Assembly: GCA_002372315.1 (NCBI GenBank) | Contig: DFFU01000026.1 | Location: forward strand, 1,230 to 65,229 | Reading direction: 5' to 3' | From: Alphaproteobacteria bacterium UBA3768 | GTDB lineage: Bacteria; Pseudomonadota; Alphaproteobacteria; CAAHEQ01; UBA3637 | Length of the DNA stretch: 64,000 nucleotides | In this document: piece after piece, positions 30,873-40,606 of the stretch | Numbering within the stretch: the first letter of the stretch is position 1 | How the letters are laid out: every line of letters starts with the position of its first letter | Notes under the pieces: model-generated | Seen by the model: only the letters and a program-made list of their open reading frames with translations | Databases searched by the model: none | Told to the model about the DNA's origin: nothing | Program-made: the position numbers and the translations under genes

Positions 30873-31571
30873 TCACCTGTGCGGTTCGTTTTTTTCTGCT
30901 TTTTTCAAGATATAACCACGCCCCCAAACATTTTGAATATAATCTTCATCACCTGTTAGAGCTTTAATTTTTCGACGTATTTTGCATAAAAAAACGTCTA
31001 TTATTTTGCTATCTGGGGGCTCATCCATAATACCATAAAGTTGGTTAATAAAGTTATCTTTGCTAATAGTAGATCCTTGATTAAGTGCCAGTAATTCTAA
31101 TAATGCGTATTCTTTTGCTGTTAAAGGAATTAATTTATCGCCAATAGAGGCTATTTTGGTATTGATGTTGATATTCATTTTTCCAATGCGAATATTAGGA
31201 TCAGAAAAACCACAACTTCGGCGAATAAGCGCTTTAACACGTGCTAATAATTCGATTCGTTCATAGGGTTTTGTTAGATAGTCATCGGCCCCTAAATTTA
31301 AACACTCAGCCTTCTTTTCTGTTTGATTAATAGCTGATAAAATAAGAATAGGTGTATTATTTTTTTGCAGACGAACCTGCTTTAAAACATCTATACCCTT
31401 TATATCTGGTAGCATTAAATCAAGGATGATTAAATCATAGTCATATAATTTAATCAATTCCAAACCATCATGTCCTGTATGGGCAGACTCAGGAATCATT
31501 TGTTCTCTTTTTAACAGTAAGGCGATATTTTGGTTTGCAATCTTATCATCATCTATAATCAGTATATGCAT
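30873..31571 (-). CDS. ctrA: cell-cycle response regulator CtrA (OmpR family)
   Basis: MHILIIDDD with D51 (LDLMLPD), T/K motifs and a winged-helix C-terminus. Strong similarity to Caulobacter CtrA blocks (DYDLIxLDLxLPDxxGIDVL, GADDYxTKP). Confidence 0.85.
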   Translation of the reverse strand: MHILIIDDDKIANQNIALLLKREQMIPESAHTGHDGLELIKLYDYDLIILDLMLPDIKGIDVLKQVRLQKNNTPILILSAINQTEKKAECLNLGADDYLTKPYERIELLARVKALIRRSCGFSDPNIRIGKMNININTKIASIGDKLIPLTAKEYALLELLALNQGSTISKDNFINQLYGIMDEPPDSKIIDVFLCKIRRKIKALTGDEDYIQNVWGRGYILKKAEKNEPHR

Positions 31572-31587
31572 ATTTTTATCCTTCTTT

Positions 31588-31602
31588 TTAACTGTAAATT
31601 AA
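31588..31602. promoter_or_regulatory. CtrA-box-like motif TTAA-N7-TTAA (TTAACTGTAAATTAA)
   Basis: Located 17 nt upstream of the ctrA start, within the divergent region shared with the pilin-like gene at 31674. Confidence 0.4.
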
Positions 31603-31673
31603 GTTTCAAGAAAAATCAATAATTTTTTTTAAATATACTTGACAGTGAAAAATAAAAATGCTAATGAATAACT

Positions 31674-32207
31674 ATGACAATACGAAATTTGAAAAAACAT
31701 TTTATCTGTAATACGGCCGAATCAGGGCGTACTATGGTTGAGTTGATGGCTGTTTTGGCTATCATTGGTGTCCTTTCAGTTGGGGGATTTTGGTTGTTTA
31801 AAACTTCCAATCAAGAACGACAGGTTGATGATATTATTTATCACATGAATATACAGGTAGCACAGATTTATCCTGCATTGGAGCAAAATGGACAATTTTC
31901 TTCCAAAAAAGATTTAGATACCTTTTTGTTATCTTTTAAAAAAGAAGTGGGTGATTACATTTTGACCTTTCAATCCGATCCGAATGCAAGTGGAAACGAT
32001 TTTATGATGCAAGTAACAAAGGCCAATGGAGAACCTATTAAAGGGGGAATGTGTCGTAAGCTTATTTCCAAAATGTCAGAACTAAAAATGGCCCAAGATG
32101 TTTCTTTTTCATTGAAAGATGAAGAAATGGAAGATGGAACTATCCAAGATGTGATGGTACCTTTAAATGAAAGAATTATTGATTACAAATCGGTTTGTGG
32201 AGATTAA
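31674..32207 (+). CDS. prepilin-type N-terminal domain protein (pilin/pseudopilin-like), 177 aa
   Basis: MTIRNLKKHFICNTAESGRTMVELMAVLAIIGVLSVGGFW has G/RTMVE with Glu +5 and a hydrophobic helix, the same unusual Arg +1 as the 8404-9603 protein. Confidence 0.55.
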   Translation: MTIRNLKKHFICNTAESGRTMVELMAVLAIIGVLSVGGFWLFKTSNQERQVDDIIYHMNIQVAQIYPALEQNGQFSSKKDLDTFLLSFKKEVGDYILTFQSDPNASGNDFMMQVTKANGEPIKGGMCRKLISKMSELKMAQDVSFSLKDEEMEDGTIQDVMVPLNERIIDYKSVCGD

Positions 32208-32208
32208 A

Positions 32209-33270
32209 GTGAAAAAAATTTTTATACTTTGTTCTGTTTTGGCTGTTATATCATCGGCCCAAGCTGGCTATCGTATGACTCCGCGTGAAGCCATTTATTA
32301 TTGGGCAAGTCAGGGACATTTAAAAAATTTAAAAGCCTTGCAGAAATCTGGATATTCTTTAGATATGCCTGATTCAAGGGGGTATCAAGCGATTTGTGAA
32401 GCCGTGGAAAGAAAAAATGTTAAAGCTTTTAGAACATTAAAAAAAGCTGGAGCAAAAATGAATGTTTTTTGCCTGTACAATGTTTCTCAAGAACAACGTC
32501 AAGAATTTGAAAAAAGTTACAATGCCTTGTCTCCCGTCATACCAGTGATGACAGAGGATATGCTTAAAGAAGATGGTGCGGAAGCTACAGATGCAAAAAC
32601 TGTATCTCAGGATTTAGGAGTAAAGGTTTCAAATACAGATTTTTTAGACACATCGAACATTACCATTTCGCAGAATGAAAGTTCGGAAAATCTTCACTCA
32701 AAAGATGAGACTGAAAGCATTGTTTTTAAGCCTTATATATCTGCGGGTTTATTTTATGGTACTTCAAAATCAAGTCTAATGGTTTCTGGTCAACAAAAGG
32801 GCAAATATCATGTTTCAGATAAGGTTCCTGGGATGATGCTGGCATTTGGAGCAAAGATTTTTAATTTTAGAACGGAATTGGCATTTCAAGGGCACGCAGA
32901 AGCCACTGATAAAGTGATTGATAATGCAGTTAAAAATCGGTTGCAAACGTATGCTGGTTTTATCAATGCTTTTTATGATATTCCAACGGGCATAGCATTG
33001 ACGCCATATGTTGGTGCTGGTATTGGTATGGCTCATAATAAAACAACACTATCTGATAATGTGATAAAATACAGTAACTCAAATTGGTCTTTTGCGTGGC
33101 AGTTGGCTTTGGGATTAAATTATCCTTTGACAGAAAATTTGATCGCTGATTTAGGATATCGTTATACTGATTATGGACGTGTTAATTTGGTCAATGAAAA
33201 TGGAATCAAGTATAAGAATGATGATATAAGAATGCATAATATAATGCTTGGACTTAGGTATGAAATGTGA
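32209..33270 (+). CDS. outer-membrane beta-barrel protein (OmpA-like / opacity-porin family)
   Basis: GTG start after a GGAGA SD; signal peptide KKIFILCSVLAVISSAQA; alternating amphipathic beta-strands with aromatic girdle residues in the C-terminal 180 aa. Confidence 0.6.
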   Translation: MKKIFILCSVLAVISSAQAGYRMTPREAIYYWASQGHLKNLKALQKSGYSLDMPDSRGYQAICEAVERKNVKAFRTLKKAGAKMNVFCLYNVSQEQRQEFEKSYNALSPVIPVMTEDMLKEDGAEATDAKTVSQDLGVKVSNTDFLDTSNITISQNESSENLHSKDETESIVFKPYISAGLFYGTSKSSLMVSGQQKGKYHVSDKVPGMMLAFGAKIFNFRTELAFQGHAEATDKVIDNAVKNRLQTYAGFINAFYDIPTGIALTPYVGAGIGMAHNKTTLSDNVIKYSNSNWSFAWQLALGLNYPLTENLIADLGYRYTDYGRVNLVNENGIKYKNDDIRMHNIMLGLRYEM

Positions 33271-33325
33271 TTTGAACTGGAGAAGGACTACTCATTTTTT
33301 GCTTGAATCTTATATAGATAAATTG

Positions 33326-33360
33326 AAATAATCGTTGATTTTTATTTTTTTATTTGATAT
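33326..33360 (+). promoter_or_regulatory. near-consensus sigma70 promoter TTGATT-17-TGATATAAT (extended -10) driving a roughly 170-nt structured leader of aspS
   Basis: TTGATT, a 17-nt spacer, then TATAAT preceded by TG. The downstream leader contains hairpins AACCC UUCG GGUU and GUCAGG..GCGAA CGAAA UUCGC..CCUGAC. Confidence 0.45.
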
Positions 33361-33546
33361 AATGAAGCTCGCTTTGATCCTGCTGACACAGGGGAGCGTA
33401 AGGGAAGAAAGGCTTTTTAGGCTGATTAGAACCCTTCGGGTTGCGCCCGTAACAGCGTGCTTAAGGGGATTCATAGGATCCTGAAGTCAGGTGGCACAGC
33501 GAACGAAATTCGCCCTGACGCTTAACAAAAAGAAAAAGGAAATATT

Positions 33547-35313
33547 ATGCAAACTTACAGAACAAAATTATGTGGCGAACTACGCTCCACAGATGCAGGG
33601 AAAGAAGTCATTCTTTCGGGATGGGTTCAAACCAAACGTGATCATGGAAATTTATTATTTGTGGATTTACGTGATAATGATGGTATCACACAATGTGTTG
33701 TGGATGTAAATGCACCCTGTTTTAAAGAATTGGAAAAGGCACGTCCTGAATCCGTTATTCGTGTGGAAGGGAAGGTTGTCCTACGTGATCAGGCCACTAT
33801 CAATCCCAAAATGCCTACGGGCGAAATTGAATTGGTTGTGAACAATGTAAAAACATTGGGAGAGGCGCAAGTTTTGCCATTTTTGATTACAGCTGATTCA
33901 TCAGAATTATCAGAAGAACAACGTTTAACTTATCGTTTCTTGGATTTGCGCCGTAGTAAACCCCATGCCAATATCTTAATGCGTAATCGTCTGAATAAAT
34001 TTGTAAGAGATGCGATGTGGAATATGGGATTTACGGAATTTCAAACACCGATTTTAACTTCATCAAGTCCAGAAGGTGCTCGGGACTATTTAGTGCCATC
34101 TCGTGTTCATAAGGGGGAATTTTATGCTTTACCACAATCTCCACAACAATTTAAGCAATTACTGATGGTGGCAGGTTTTGATCGGTATTTTCAATTGGCG
34201 CCTTGTTTTCGTGATGAGGACAGTCGTGCTGATCGTTCGCCAGGTGAATTTTATCAAATTGACTGGGAAATGTCTTTTGTAACTCAAGAAGAAATTATGG
34301 AAGTTGGGGAAAAACTGATCAGTGCTATTTTCAAAGAATTTGCCCCAGAAGCTATCTGTTCACAGGCTCCTTTCCAACGCATTCCATATGATGAAGCAAT
34401 GTTGACCTATGGGACAGATAAACCAGATTTGCGTAATCCACTTAAAATTATCGATGTCTCGGAGGTTTTTGCGGGTTCTGAATTTGGTATTTTCGCCAAT
34501 ACTGTGGCCGAAGGTGGTTTTGTGCGTGCTATTCGTGCTCCTAAATCGGCTGATAAACCTCGCAGTTGGTTTGATAAATTAAATGCCTTTGCCGTTGAAA
34601 ATGAAATGGGTGGCTTGGGCTATATCGTTCGTACGGCAGAGGGCAACAAAGGGCCTATCGCCAAGAAGTTGGACGAAGCCCGCCTCAACAAATTATTTGA
34701 ATTGACTGGCTTGGAAGTTGGCGACAGTGTGTTCTTTGTCTGTGGTAAAGGCGAAAAAACAGCCCTTTTTGCTGGTAAAGTCCGCAACTTATTGGGCAAG
34801 GAATTAGATCTTTTTGAAAAGAATGCTTTTCGTTTTTGTTGGGTCGTGGATTTCCCATTTTATGAAATGGATCCAGACACAGGAAAGCCGATGTTCAGCC
34901 ACAACCCGTTCTCTATGCCTCAGGGCGAATTGGAAGCTTTGCAAAACAAAGATCCTTTAACTATTAAGGCCTATCAATTTGATATGGTGGGGAACGGCTT
35001 GGAAATGCTGTCAGGGGCCATTCGTAACCACAGACCTGATGTGATGTTTAAGGCCTTTGAAATTGCAGGCTATGGTAAAGAAGTTGTAGAGGCTAAATTT
35101 GGAGGTATGTTAAATGCCTTTAAGTATGGTGCTCCTCCACATGGTGGAGCAGCCTTCGGATTTGACCGCATTGTGATGATGTTGGAGCATGAAGACTTTA
35201 TTCGTGAAGTTATTGCGTTTCCATTCAATCAACAGGCACAAGACCTTTTGATGCATGCGCCGTCCGTAGTTACAGAGCAACAACTGCGTGAAGTGCATAT
35301 TAAGTTGCGCTAA
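33547..35313 (+). CDS. aspS: aspartate--tRNA ligase
   Basis: Class II aaRS motifs ([28 protein letters not shown]) and an N-terminal OB-fold anticodon-binding domain. 588 aa. Confidence 0.95.
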   Translation: MQTYRTKLCGELRSTDAGKEVILSGWVQTKRDHGNLLFVDLRDNDGITQCVVDVNAPCFKELEKARPESVIRVEGKVVLRDQATINPKMPTGEIELVVNNVKTLGEAQVLPFLITADSSELSEEQRLTYRFLDLRRSKPHANILMRNRLNKFVRDAMWNMGFTEFQTPILTSSSPEGARDYLVPSRVHKGEFYALPQSPQQFKQLLMVAGFDRYFQLAPCFRDEDSRADRSPGEFYQIDWEMSFVTQEEIMEVGEKLISAIFKEFAPEAICSQAPFQRIPYDEAMLTYGTDKPDLRNPLKIIDVSEVFAGSEFGIFANTVAEGGFVRAIRAPKSADKPRSWFDKLNAFAVENEMGGLGYIVRTAEGNKGPIAKKLDEARLNKLFELTGLEVGDSVFFVCGKGEKTALFAGKVRNLLGKELDLFEKNAFRFCWVVDFPFYEMDPDTGKPMFSHNPFSMPQGELEALQNKDPLTIKAYQFDMVGNGLEMLSGAIRNHRPDVMFKAFEIAGYGKEVVEAKFGGMLNAFKYGAPPHGGAAFGFDRIVMMLEHEDFIREVIAFPFNQQAQDLLMHAPSVVTEQQLREVHIKLR

Positions 35314-35375
35314 ATAACGATTATGGGGCAGGGGGCAAGTACTTCCTGTCCTTTTTATTTTTAAGGAGAATATTG

Positions 35376-36161
35376 ATGTACATTGACTTTATTGCAGATT
35401 ATGGTTCAACAACAGGACAAGATGATTTGGCTTTTTCGGAAGTCAATATCAAGCTATGTGAAGAATTTGATGCTTTGAATATGCCTTTTCCAATGATAAA
35501 AAATCTTTCAGTTGGCCCATTTAATACAATAGAAACGGGTTTTGTTGTTGCTCAGATTGCCCAAAACTCAAAATTGGGAAAGAAGCATATTGTTTATCAT
35601 AATACTGCTCCCAGAAAAGATGAACTGTCAGCACGTGAAAATAATGCTGGTGAATTTTTGGCTGTTTGTGAGTTGGCAAATGGTGTTCGGATTATTGGGG
35701 TCTATGGTGGTTATACTTTTTCATTTCTTGATGCGCCAGTTTATAAGGTTAAATGTGCTTATGATGGTTCACAATTTCGTTCACGTGATGTGTTCCCAAA
35801 ATGTGTTGCTAGCCTTGCCCAATGTGTTGATAAGCCCCTTTCTGATTGGTCGCTGTTGGGGGAGAAAGTGAACAATATACCAAAGGTTCCTGAAAATATA
35901 ATTTTAAGCGTTGATGGATATGGTAATATAAAAACAAATATTCAAATTTCAGATAATATAAAATCCGTTATAATCAATGATATTAAAGAGAATTTAAAAG
36001 TTGGTCAAGGTATTTTTGATATCAATGATGGTGATTTAGTATTGGCTCCAGGTTCTTCTGGATGGAAAGGAAATTTTTTAACAGAAATATGTTTGCGTGG
36101 TGGTTCTGCATCTCAGTTATTTAATAATCCTAAAGCAGGAGATAAAATTAGCTTAAGATAA
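35376..36161 (+). CDS. DUF62 / SAM hydroxide adenosyltransferase (fluorinase/chlorinase-like) family protein
   Basis: N-terminal FIADYG and C-terminal VDGYGNIKTNI blocks resemble the family signature (LTDFG ... IDHFGNLITNI). Confidence 0.55.
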   Translation: MYIDFIADYGSTTGQDDLAFSEVNIKLCEEFDALNMPFPMIKNLSVGPFNTIETGFVVAQIAQNSKLGKKHIVYHNTAPRKDELSARENNAGEFLAVCELANGVRIIGVYGGYTFSFLDAPVYKVKCAYDGSQFRSRDVFPKCVASLAQCVDKPLSDWSLLGEKVNNIPKVPENIILSVDGYGNIKTNIQISDNIKSVIINDIKENLKVGQGIFDINDGDLVLAPGSSGWKGNFLTEICLRGGSASQLFNNPKAGDKISLR

Positions 36162-36172
36162 AGGGTTATTTC

Positions 36173-37081
36173 ATGAAAATTAATTTGGATAAAACAAAAA
36201 TACGTGATGAAGAAGGCCCGATTTTTTTATATCATTCCAGTTTGGTATCAGATATAAAAAATTTTTTGCCATTATCTCATTTTGGAACAATTGTGGCGGC
36301 TCAAATGCGTGGGACACATCAAATATATAAGTATTTTGGTTTTGATGCTCCGTATCCTATACCAAAGCAATTACCAGATTTTATACTAAAACGCCTTACT
36401 CAAACGAAAAAACAACCTCAAATTTTCACATATAAAGTGCATTTGGGAATCAAAAATCCTTTGACAATTCCTGATTTGGTCGATCATTCTTTGAATCAAT
36501 ATTATCAATGGTTTAATGGAAAATATGTACCCAAAACGAAATTTCTAACACATGAAGAGTTGCGTGGTGGTATGGGATCGGAAAATACAGAATATAAAAA
36601 AAAGTTAACACAATTTATTTTTGTGGATCCATTTACCCGAACGATAGAGGATTTAAAAAAAGAGCTGACTGCAGAATCAATATATCCCAATAATATGGAT
36701 TTTGATCATACATCCTCAAAATTTCCATATTACTTAAAGCCTGTTATTGAAACAGCGAAAAAAATTCCATTTAAACTTGCAGAATGTGTATGTTTTCAAA
36801 GACTTATTAGATTTATGGAAAAAGAAGGTTATGATAGCTTTTCTTATGAAAACCAATGTGAAGATCCAGGAAATAAAAGTTATATTATATTTCGTCCTCA
36901 GCAAGTTTTTTTTGAAAATGCTCCAGAAATAGAACACATAATTCCAGAATCACTTGAAAAAAAGAATCTTTTAAACGCTATTGAGCGTGCTTTTTTCTCT
37001 TTGGGAAAAGCACCTTGCGATCGGGTAGAAAAGTACAGATTACTAGGGCACCGCTTGTCTACATTAAAAAATATGGAATAA
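36173..37081 (+). CDS. hypothetical protein
   Basis: 302-aa ORF with chromosomal-type codon usage and no recognisable domain. Confidence 0.45.
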   Translation: MKINLDKTKIRDEEGPIFLYHSSLVSDIKNFLPLSHFGTIVAAQMRGTHQIYKYFGFDAPYPIPKQLPDFILKRLTQTKKQPQIFTYKVHLGIKNPLTIPDLVDHSLNQYYQWFNGKYVPKTKFLTHEELRGGMGSENTEYKKKLTQFIFVDPFTRTIEDLKKELTAESIYPNNMDFDHTSSKFPYYLKPVIETAKKIPFKLAECVCFQRLIRFMEKEGYDSFSYENQCEDPGNKSYIIFRPQQVFFENAPEIEHIIPESLEKKNLLNAIERAFFSLGKAPCDRVEKYRLLGHRLSTLKNME

Positions 37082-37125
37082 TATTTAAGGAAGAATTAAA
37101 GTACTTATAAATAAATGCAACAAGA

Positions 37126-37201
37126 TGGTGGGTGCGACAGGGATTGAACCTGTGACCCCTACCGTGTGAAGGTAATGCTCTTCCTCTGAGCTAAGCACCC
37201 C
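37126..37201 (-). tRNA. tRNA-Val(CAC)-like gene, variant copy (attL side of island)
   Basis: The 3' 56 nt are identical to the tRNA-Val at 54619-54693. The D-arm differs (GCTTAGCTCAGAGGAAGAGC) and base pair 7-66 is a T.C mismatch. It has its own TTGACT-17-TATAAT promoter (revcomp of 37218-37246). Confidence 0.65.
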
Positions 37202-37647
37202 AAGTTCAACTGAAAGCATTATACAATAAAGGTTTTATAAAGTCAATAGGCAAAAATAGGAAAATTGAAAAATACTTTTTAAACCCTCTAAAATACCCCT
37301 AAATCTGTTTCAACTGTTGAAAAAATGTTGAAAAATGGTTCTGTTGAAAAAATATAAGAAGAGAAAATAAACAGATACCATCTCACATATCTTAAATTAT
37401 CTCACTTTTTCCAACACAAGAAAGGTTTCTGATACCCCCCTTTCTTGTGTATTTTTATGGGTTATGGCATCTTTCCCCCCACAAATTAACTGAAAGGGAA
37501 AGTATGACTAACAAGAAAGATTATCTCACATTTTCCAACATAATCTCAAATCCTCTAAAAAGCAGGATGAAATGTATGGTTGCCAAATATCTAAATAACA
37601 AGTTTTTCCATATACTTTCCAAGCATTTTAACTGAAAGGATTTTACA

Positions 37648-38943
37648 ATGGCAACAAAATTAAATCAAGTAATCACACTAAATCAAAAAGCAGTGGAAAA
37701 CTTACCAGTTCCACAAGAAAAGAGTGTCATATACTATGACACCAAAGAAGAGAAATTGTATCTCTTGGTAAGTAAAACAGGAACAAAAACATTTTACCTG
37801 TTATCAAGAGTGAAAAGCAGAGTGGCAAGAATTAAAATTGGCAGATTTCCTGACATTAAAGTTGAAAAGGCAAGAGAAATTGCCCAACAATTAAAAAGTT
37901 CTATTGCCACAGGTAATGACCCAGAGAAGAACAAACTTGCTCTTAAAGGGGATATTACCTTCAAGGAACTTTTTGATATGTATATTGAAAAGTATGCCAA
38001 AGACAACCTAAAATCTTGGAAGATTGGGCAGTATGTAATCAACAAACATTGCCAAAAGTTCTTCAACAGAAAATTGACAACCATAACCAACAAGGAACTC
38101 AAAGAGTTCATTGAGGAAGTGGCAACCAACAGCACTGATACTGCCAACACATTGCTGAAAAAACTGAAAGGCATTTTTAACAAAGGCATTGAATGGGAAA
38201 TCTACAAGGGGGACAACCCTGTCAATAACATCAAATCATACAAAGAAAACAGAAGAGATAGGTTCTTACAACCTATTGAACTGGGTGATTTCTTTGATGT
38301 CTTAAAGGATGAACCAGAGGATTTGAGGGATATTGTCATCCTTGGATTAAACACAGCAGCAAGAAAAAGCAATATTCTGTCTATGGAATGGAATGAACTG
38401 GACCTTGCTAACAATCTTTGGAGAATACCTGCCCATAAATCCAAAAATGGTGATGTAATGATTATTCCATTGTTGGATGAGGCAAAGAATGTTTTATTAA
38501 AAAGGAAAAGTGAAGATTTCCAAAGAAAATATCATTGTCATACAAGACAAGGAGAGAAACTAAAAAATCTTTTTGCCACTTATGTTTTCCCTTCTGTTAG
38601 GAATAAAGAAGGACACTTAATGGGATTTAGAAGGTTATGGGATGCTTTCAGAAAGCACTTTTTTGAGAAGTGTAAGTTATCAAAAGGTGATTTGGTTTTC
38701 CATGATTTAAGAAGAACTCTTGCTTCATTTGAAGCACTGACTGGGCAATATTCTTTACAGATTATTGGAAAATCATTAGGGCATAAATCTACTGCTTCAA
38801 CAGAAATCTATGCCAGATTACTAACAGAACCAGTTAGAGCATCCATGAATGCTGCCACAGATTTGATGAAAAAACAGATGGATTTTCCAACATTATCTCA
38901 AAAGGTAGAAGATTATCCAAGGTTATCCAAGAACAATGAGTAA
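37648..38943 (+). CDS. int: tyrosine-type site-specific integrase (phage integrase family)
   Basis: C-terminal catalytic box HDLRRTLASFEAL...GHKSTASTEIYARL (R, H-x-x-R, Y). N-terminal SAM-like/arm-binding domain. Adjacent to the tRNA-derived att site. Confidence 0.9.
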   Translation: MATKLNQVITLNQKAVENLPVPQEKSVIYYDTKEEKLYLLVSKTGTKTFYLLSRVKSRVARIKIGRFPDIKVEKAREIAQQLKSSIATGNDPEKNKLALKGDITFKELFDMYIEKYAKDNLKSWKIGQYVINKHCQKFFNRKLTTITNKELKEFIEEVATNSTDTANTLLKKLKGIFNKGIEWEIYKGDNPVNNIKSYKENRRDRFLQPIELGDFFDVLKDEPEDLRDIVILGLNTAARKSNILSMEWNELDLANNLWRIPAHKSKNGDVMIIPLLDEAKNVLLKRKSEDFQRKYHCHTRQGEKLKNLFATYVFPSVRNKEGHLMGFRRLWDAFRKHFFEKCKLSKGDLVFHDLRRTLASFEALTGQYSLQIIGKSLGHKSTASTEIYARLLTEPVRASMNAATDLMKKQMDFPTLSQKVEDYPRLSKNNE

Positions 38944-39013
38944 AAATGCTTATGGGTCAATGACTTATTTGAAGAAATGAAATAAGATATTTGACATAGA
39001 AAGGAGTAGAAAA

Positions 39014-39199
39014 ATGACTAAATTACTTACACCAGAAGAAACAGCAGAACTACTGAATGTTTCAATCAAATTACTCAATGATTGGAGATACAATCAGAAG
39101 GTAAATCTCCCCTATGTCAAAATTGGGAAATTGGTGAGATACAAATTGTCTGATGTTGAACAATTCATACAAGGATGTTGTGTTCAAATGAGTTTTTAA
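39014..39199 (+). CDS. AlpA-family phage/island transcriptional regulator or excisionase (HTH)
   Basis: 61 aa, LLTPEETAELLNVSIKLLNDWRYNQKVNLPYVKIGKLVRYKLSDVEQFI, the classic AlpA/Xis pattern. Confidence 0.65.
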   Translation: MTKLLTPEETAELLNVSIKLLNDWRYNQKVNLPYVKIGKLVRYKLSDVEQFIQGCCVQMSF

Positions 39200-39328
39200 G
39201 AAATGCCACTTAAAAGGTGGTTGCCAGAGAACTGGCAAAAAATCAAGGCAGGTGTCTTGTAGTTGTAAATGGAAGGAGCAACTTAAAAGAAGTCCAACCA
39301 AAGAAAGTATAACTGAAAGGTTTTTAAT

Positions 39329-40126
39329 ATGAAAAAGAATAACAAATATAAAAAACAAATGAGAAGAAAAAAAACAAATGCTGAAAAGAAGTTAGCACAT
39401 ACTAACTGCTTAAATCAGAAGGAAAATCTTACTTCAAGTATTGAGGAAGGAGAACAAGGTGGAAAAATACGTGTTTGTCATAGTATGATTCCTGCCTGGG
39501 GCACATCTGAAGATGAACAACTTGCCAAAGAAGTATTCCTTTTTTCAGAAGTATTTGACATGTTCCAATCTGACAAAATGGTGAATTTTGTAATTATGAA
39601 AATTACTTTTTTGGGTAAGGATGATGATATTAGTGATGCTATTGAAAAATTAAAAAGTTTTTCATCAACTCTCTCACCAAGTTTTTCTATAAGTGAAAAA
39701 GCTGTTGCTGATGGAGTATTCTTTGGTGGTTTTAATAAGCAAAGTAAGAGAGAGCACATTAGGTTAAGTAATGATGAATTATCTATTCAAATGGATGAAA
39801 CATTTGATGTTGGGGAATTATTTGGACTTAATCTAAATCAAGTTGAAAAGGTTTGTTTCACACTTCCAAAAGATTGCTCTAAAAAATTAAAAAAACAAAC
39901 TCACTTATTGAGGTCTTGTCTTTTGGGAATGATGTATGATAATGAGTTTAATATTTCAGAAATCTCTATTTCTTGTGAAAATCAAGCAGTTCTTATTGAC
40001 ATGATGAAAATGGAGAAAAAATTACCTTTCCCTCTACTGACTGAATTAAGCAAAGATTATGATGGGAAAATCATTGCTACAATCTCTAAAACATTTGGTT
40101 TAGGTGCTTTTAAGAAAGCAGCATAA
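39329..40126 (+). CDS. hypothetical protein (island cargo)
   Basis: 265 aa, preceded by the AACTGAAAGG motif. No recognisable domain. Confidence 0.4.
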   Translation: MKKNNKYKKQMRRKKTNAEKKLAHTNCLNQKENLTSSIEEGEQGGKIRVCHSMIPAWGTSEDEQLAKEVFLFSEVFDMFQSDKMVNFVIMKITFLGKDDDISDAIEKLKSFSSTLSPSFSISEKAVADGVFFGGFNKQSKREHIRLSNDELSIQMDETFDVGELFGLNLNQVEKVCFTLPKDCSKKLKKQTHLLRSCLLGMMYDNEFNISEISISCENQAVLIDMMKMEKKLPFPLLTELSKDYDGKIIATISKTFGLGAFKKAA

Positions 40127-40203
40127 ATCCAAAAAGTTGTATGTGGTTGGAGCAACTTAAAAGAAGTCCAACCAAGTAAATCTTACAGAAAAGGAGTAAA
40201 AAT

Positions 40204-40503
40204 ATGTGTAAGACAGCAAAAACCTTTGAAGGAGGGTTAAATCCTTCAAATAACAATGTTTCAACTTCAAAAGAAGAAAGAAACAAGACCCAAAAGTGGT
40301 TGGAAAATTGGATAAACAACTCATCTGCTTCCAATGATGAAAAATCAAAGGTCAAGCAATGGTTGGAAGATTGGGTTAAAGATACACCAACTGCTAATGA
40401 AAGTAAATCCAAAACAAAGGAATGGTTGGAAAAATGGTGCTCCAATAACAACCAAAATCCAACAAAACAATTCCTTGAATGTTGGATAAAGGATTGTGCC
40501 TAA
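40204..40503 (+). CDS. small tandem-repeat protein (about 4 x 21-aa K-x-K-x-WLE-x-W units)
   Basis: KTQKWLENWINN / KVKQWLEDWVKD / KTKEWLEKWCSN / TKQFLECWIKDCA. Confidence 0.4.
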   Translation: MCKTAKTFEGGLNPSNNNVSTSKEERNKTQKWLENWINNSSASNDEKSKVKQWLEDWVKDTPTANESKSKTKEWLEKWCSNNNQNPTKQFLECWIKDCA

Positions 40504-40606
40504 AATTAGGCAGATACTGCCTATGCTATATGTGTAGGCAGTATCCTTTCTAAAAATTACATTTTTTAATCATAAATACATTTGTAGTGAAAAAGGAGAA
40601 AATAAT

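Noticed and set aside
33368-33546. Possible 4.5S/SRP RNA or 6S RNA in the aspS upstream region
   Set aside because: The helix-8 core motifs of SRP RNA (GGAA tetraloop with AGCAGCC) are absent, and it is too short for a 6S-like bubble. Kept only as an unclassified structured leader.
33491-33709. 72-aa ORF overlapping the aspS start
   Set aside because: It overlaps the aspS SD and start in another frame. The region is better explained as structured leader plus aspS.
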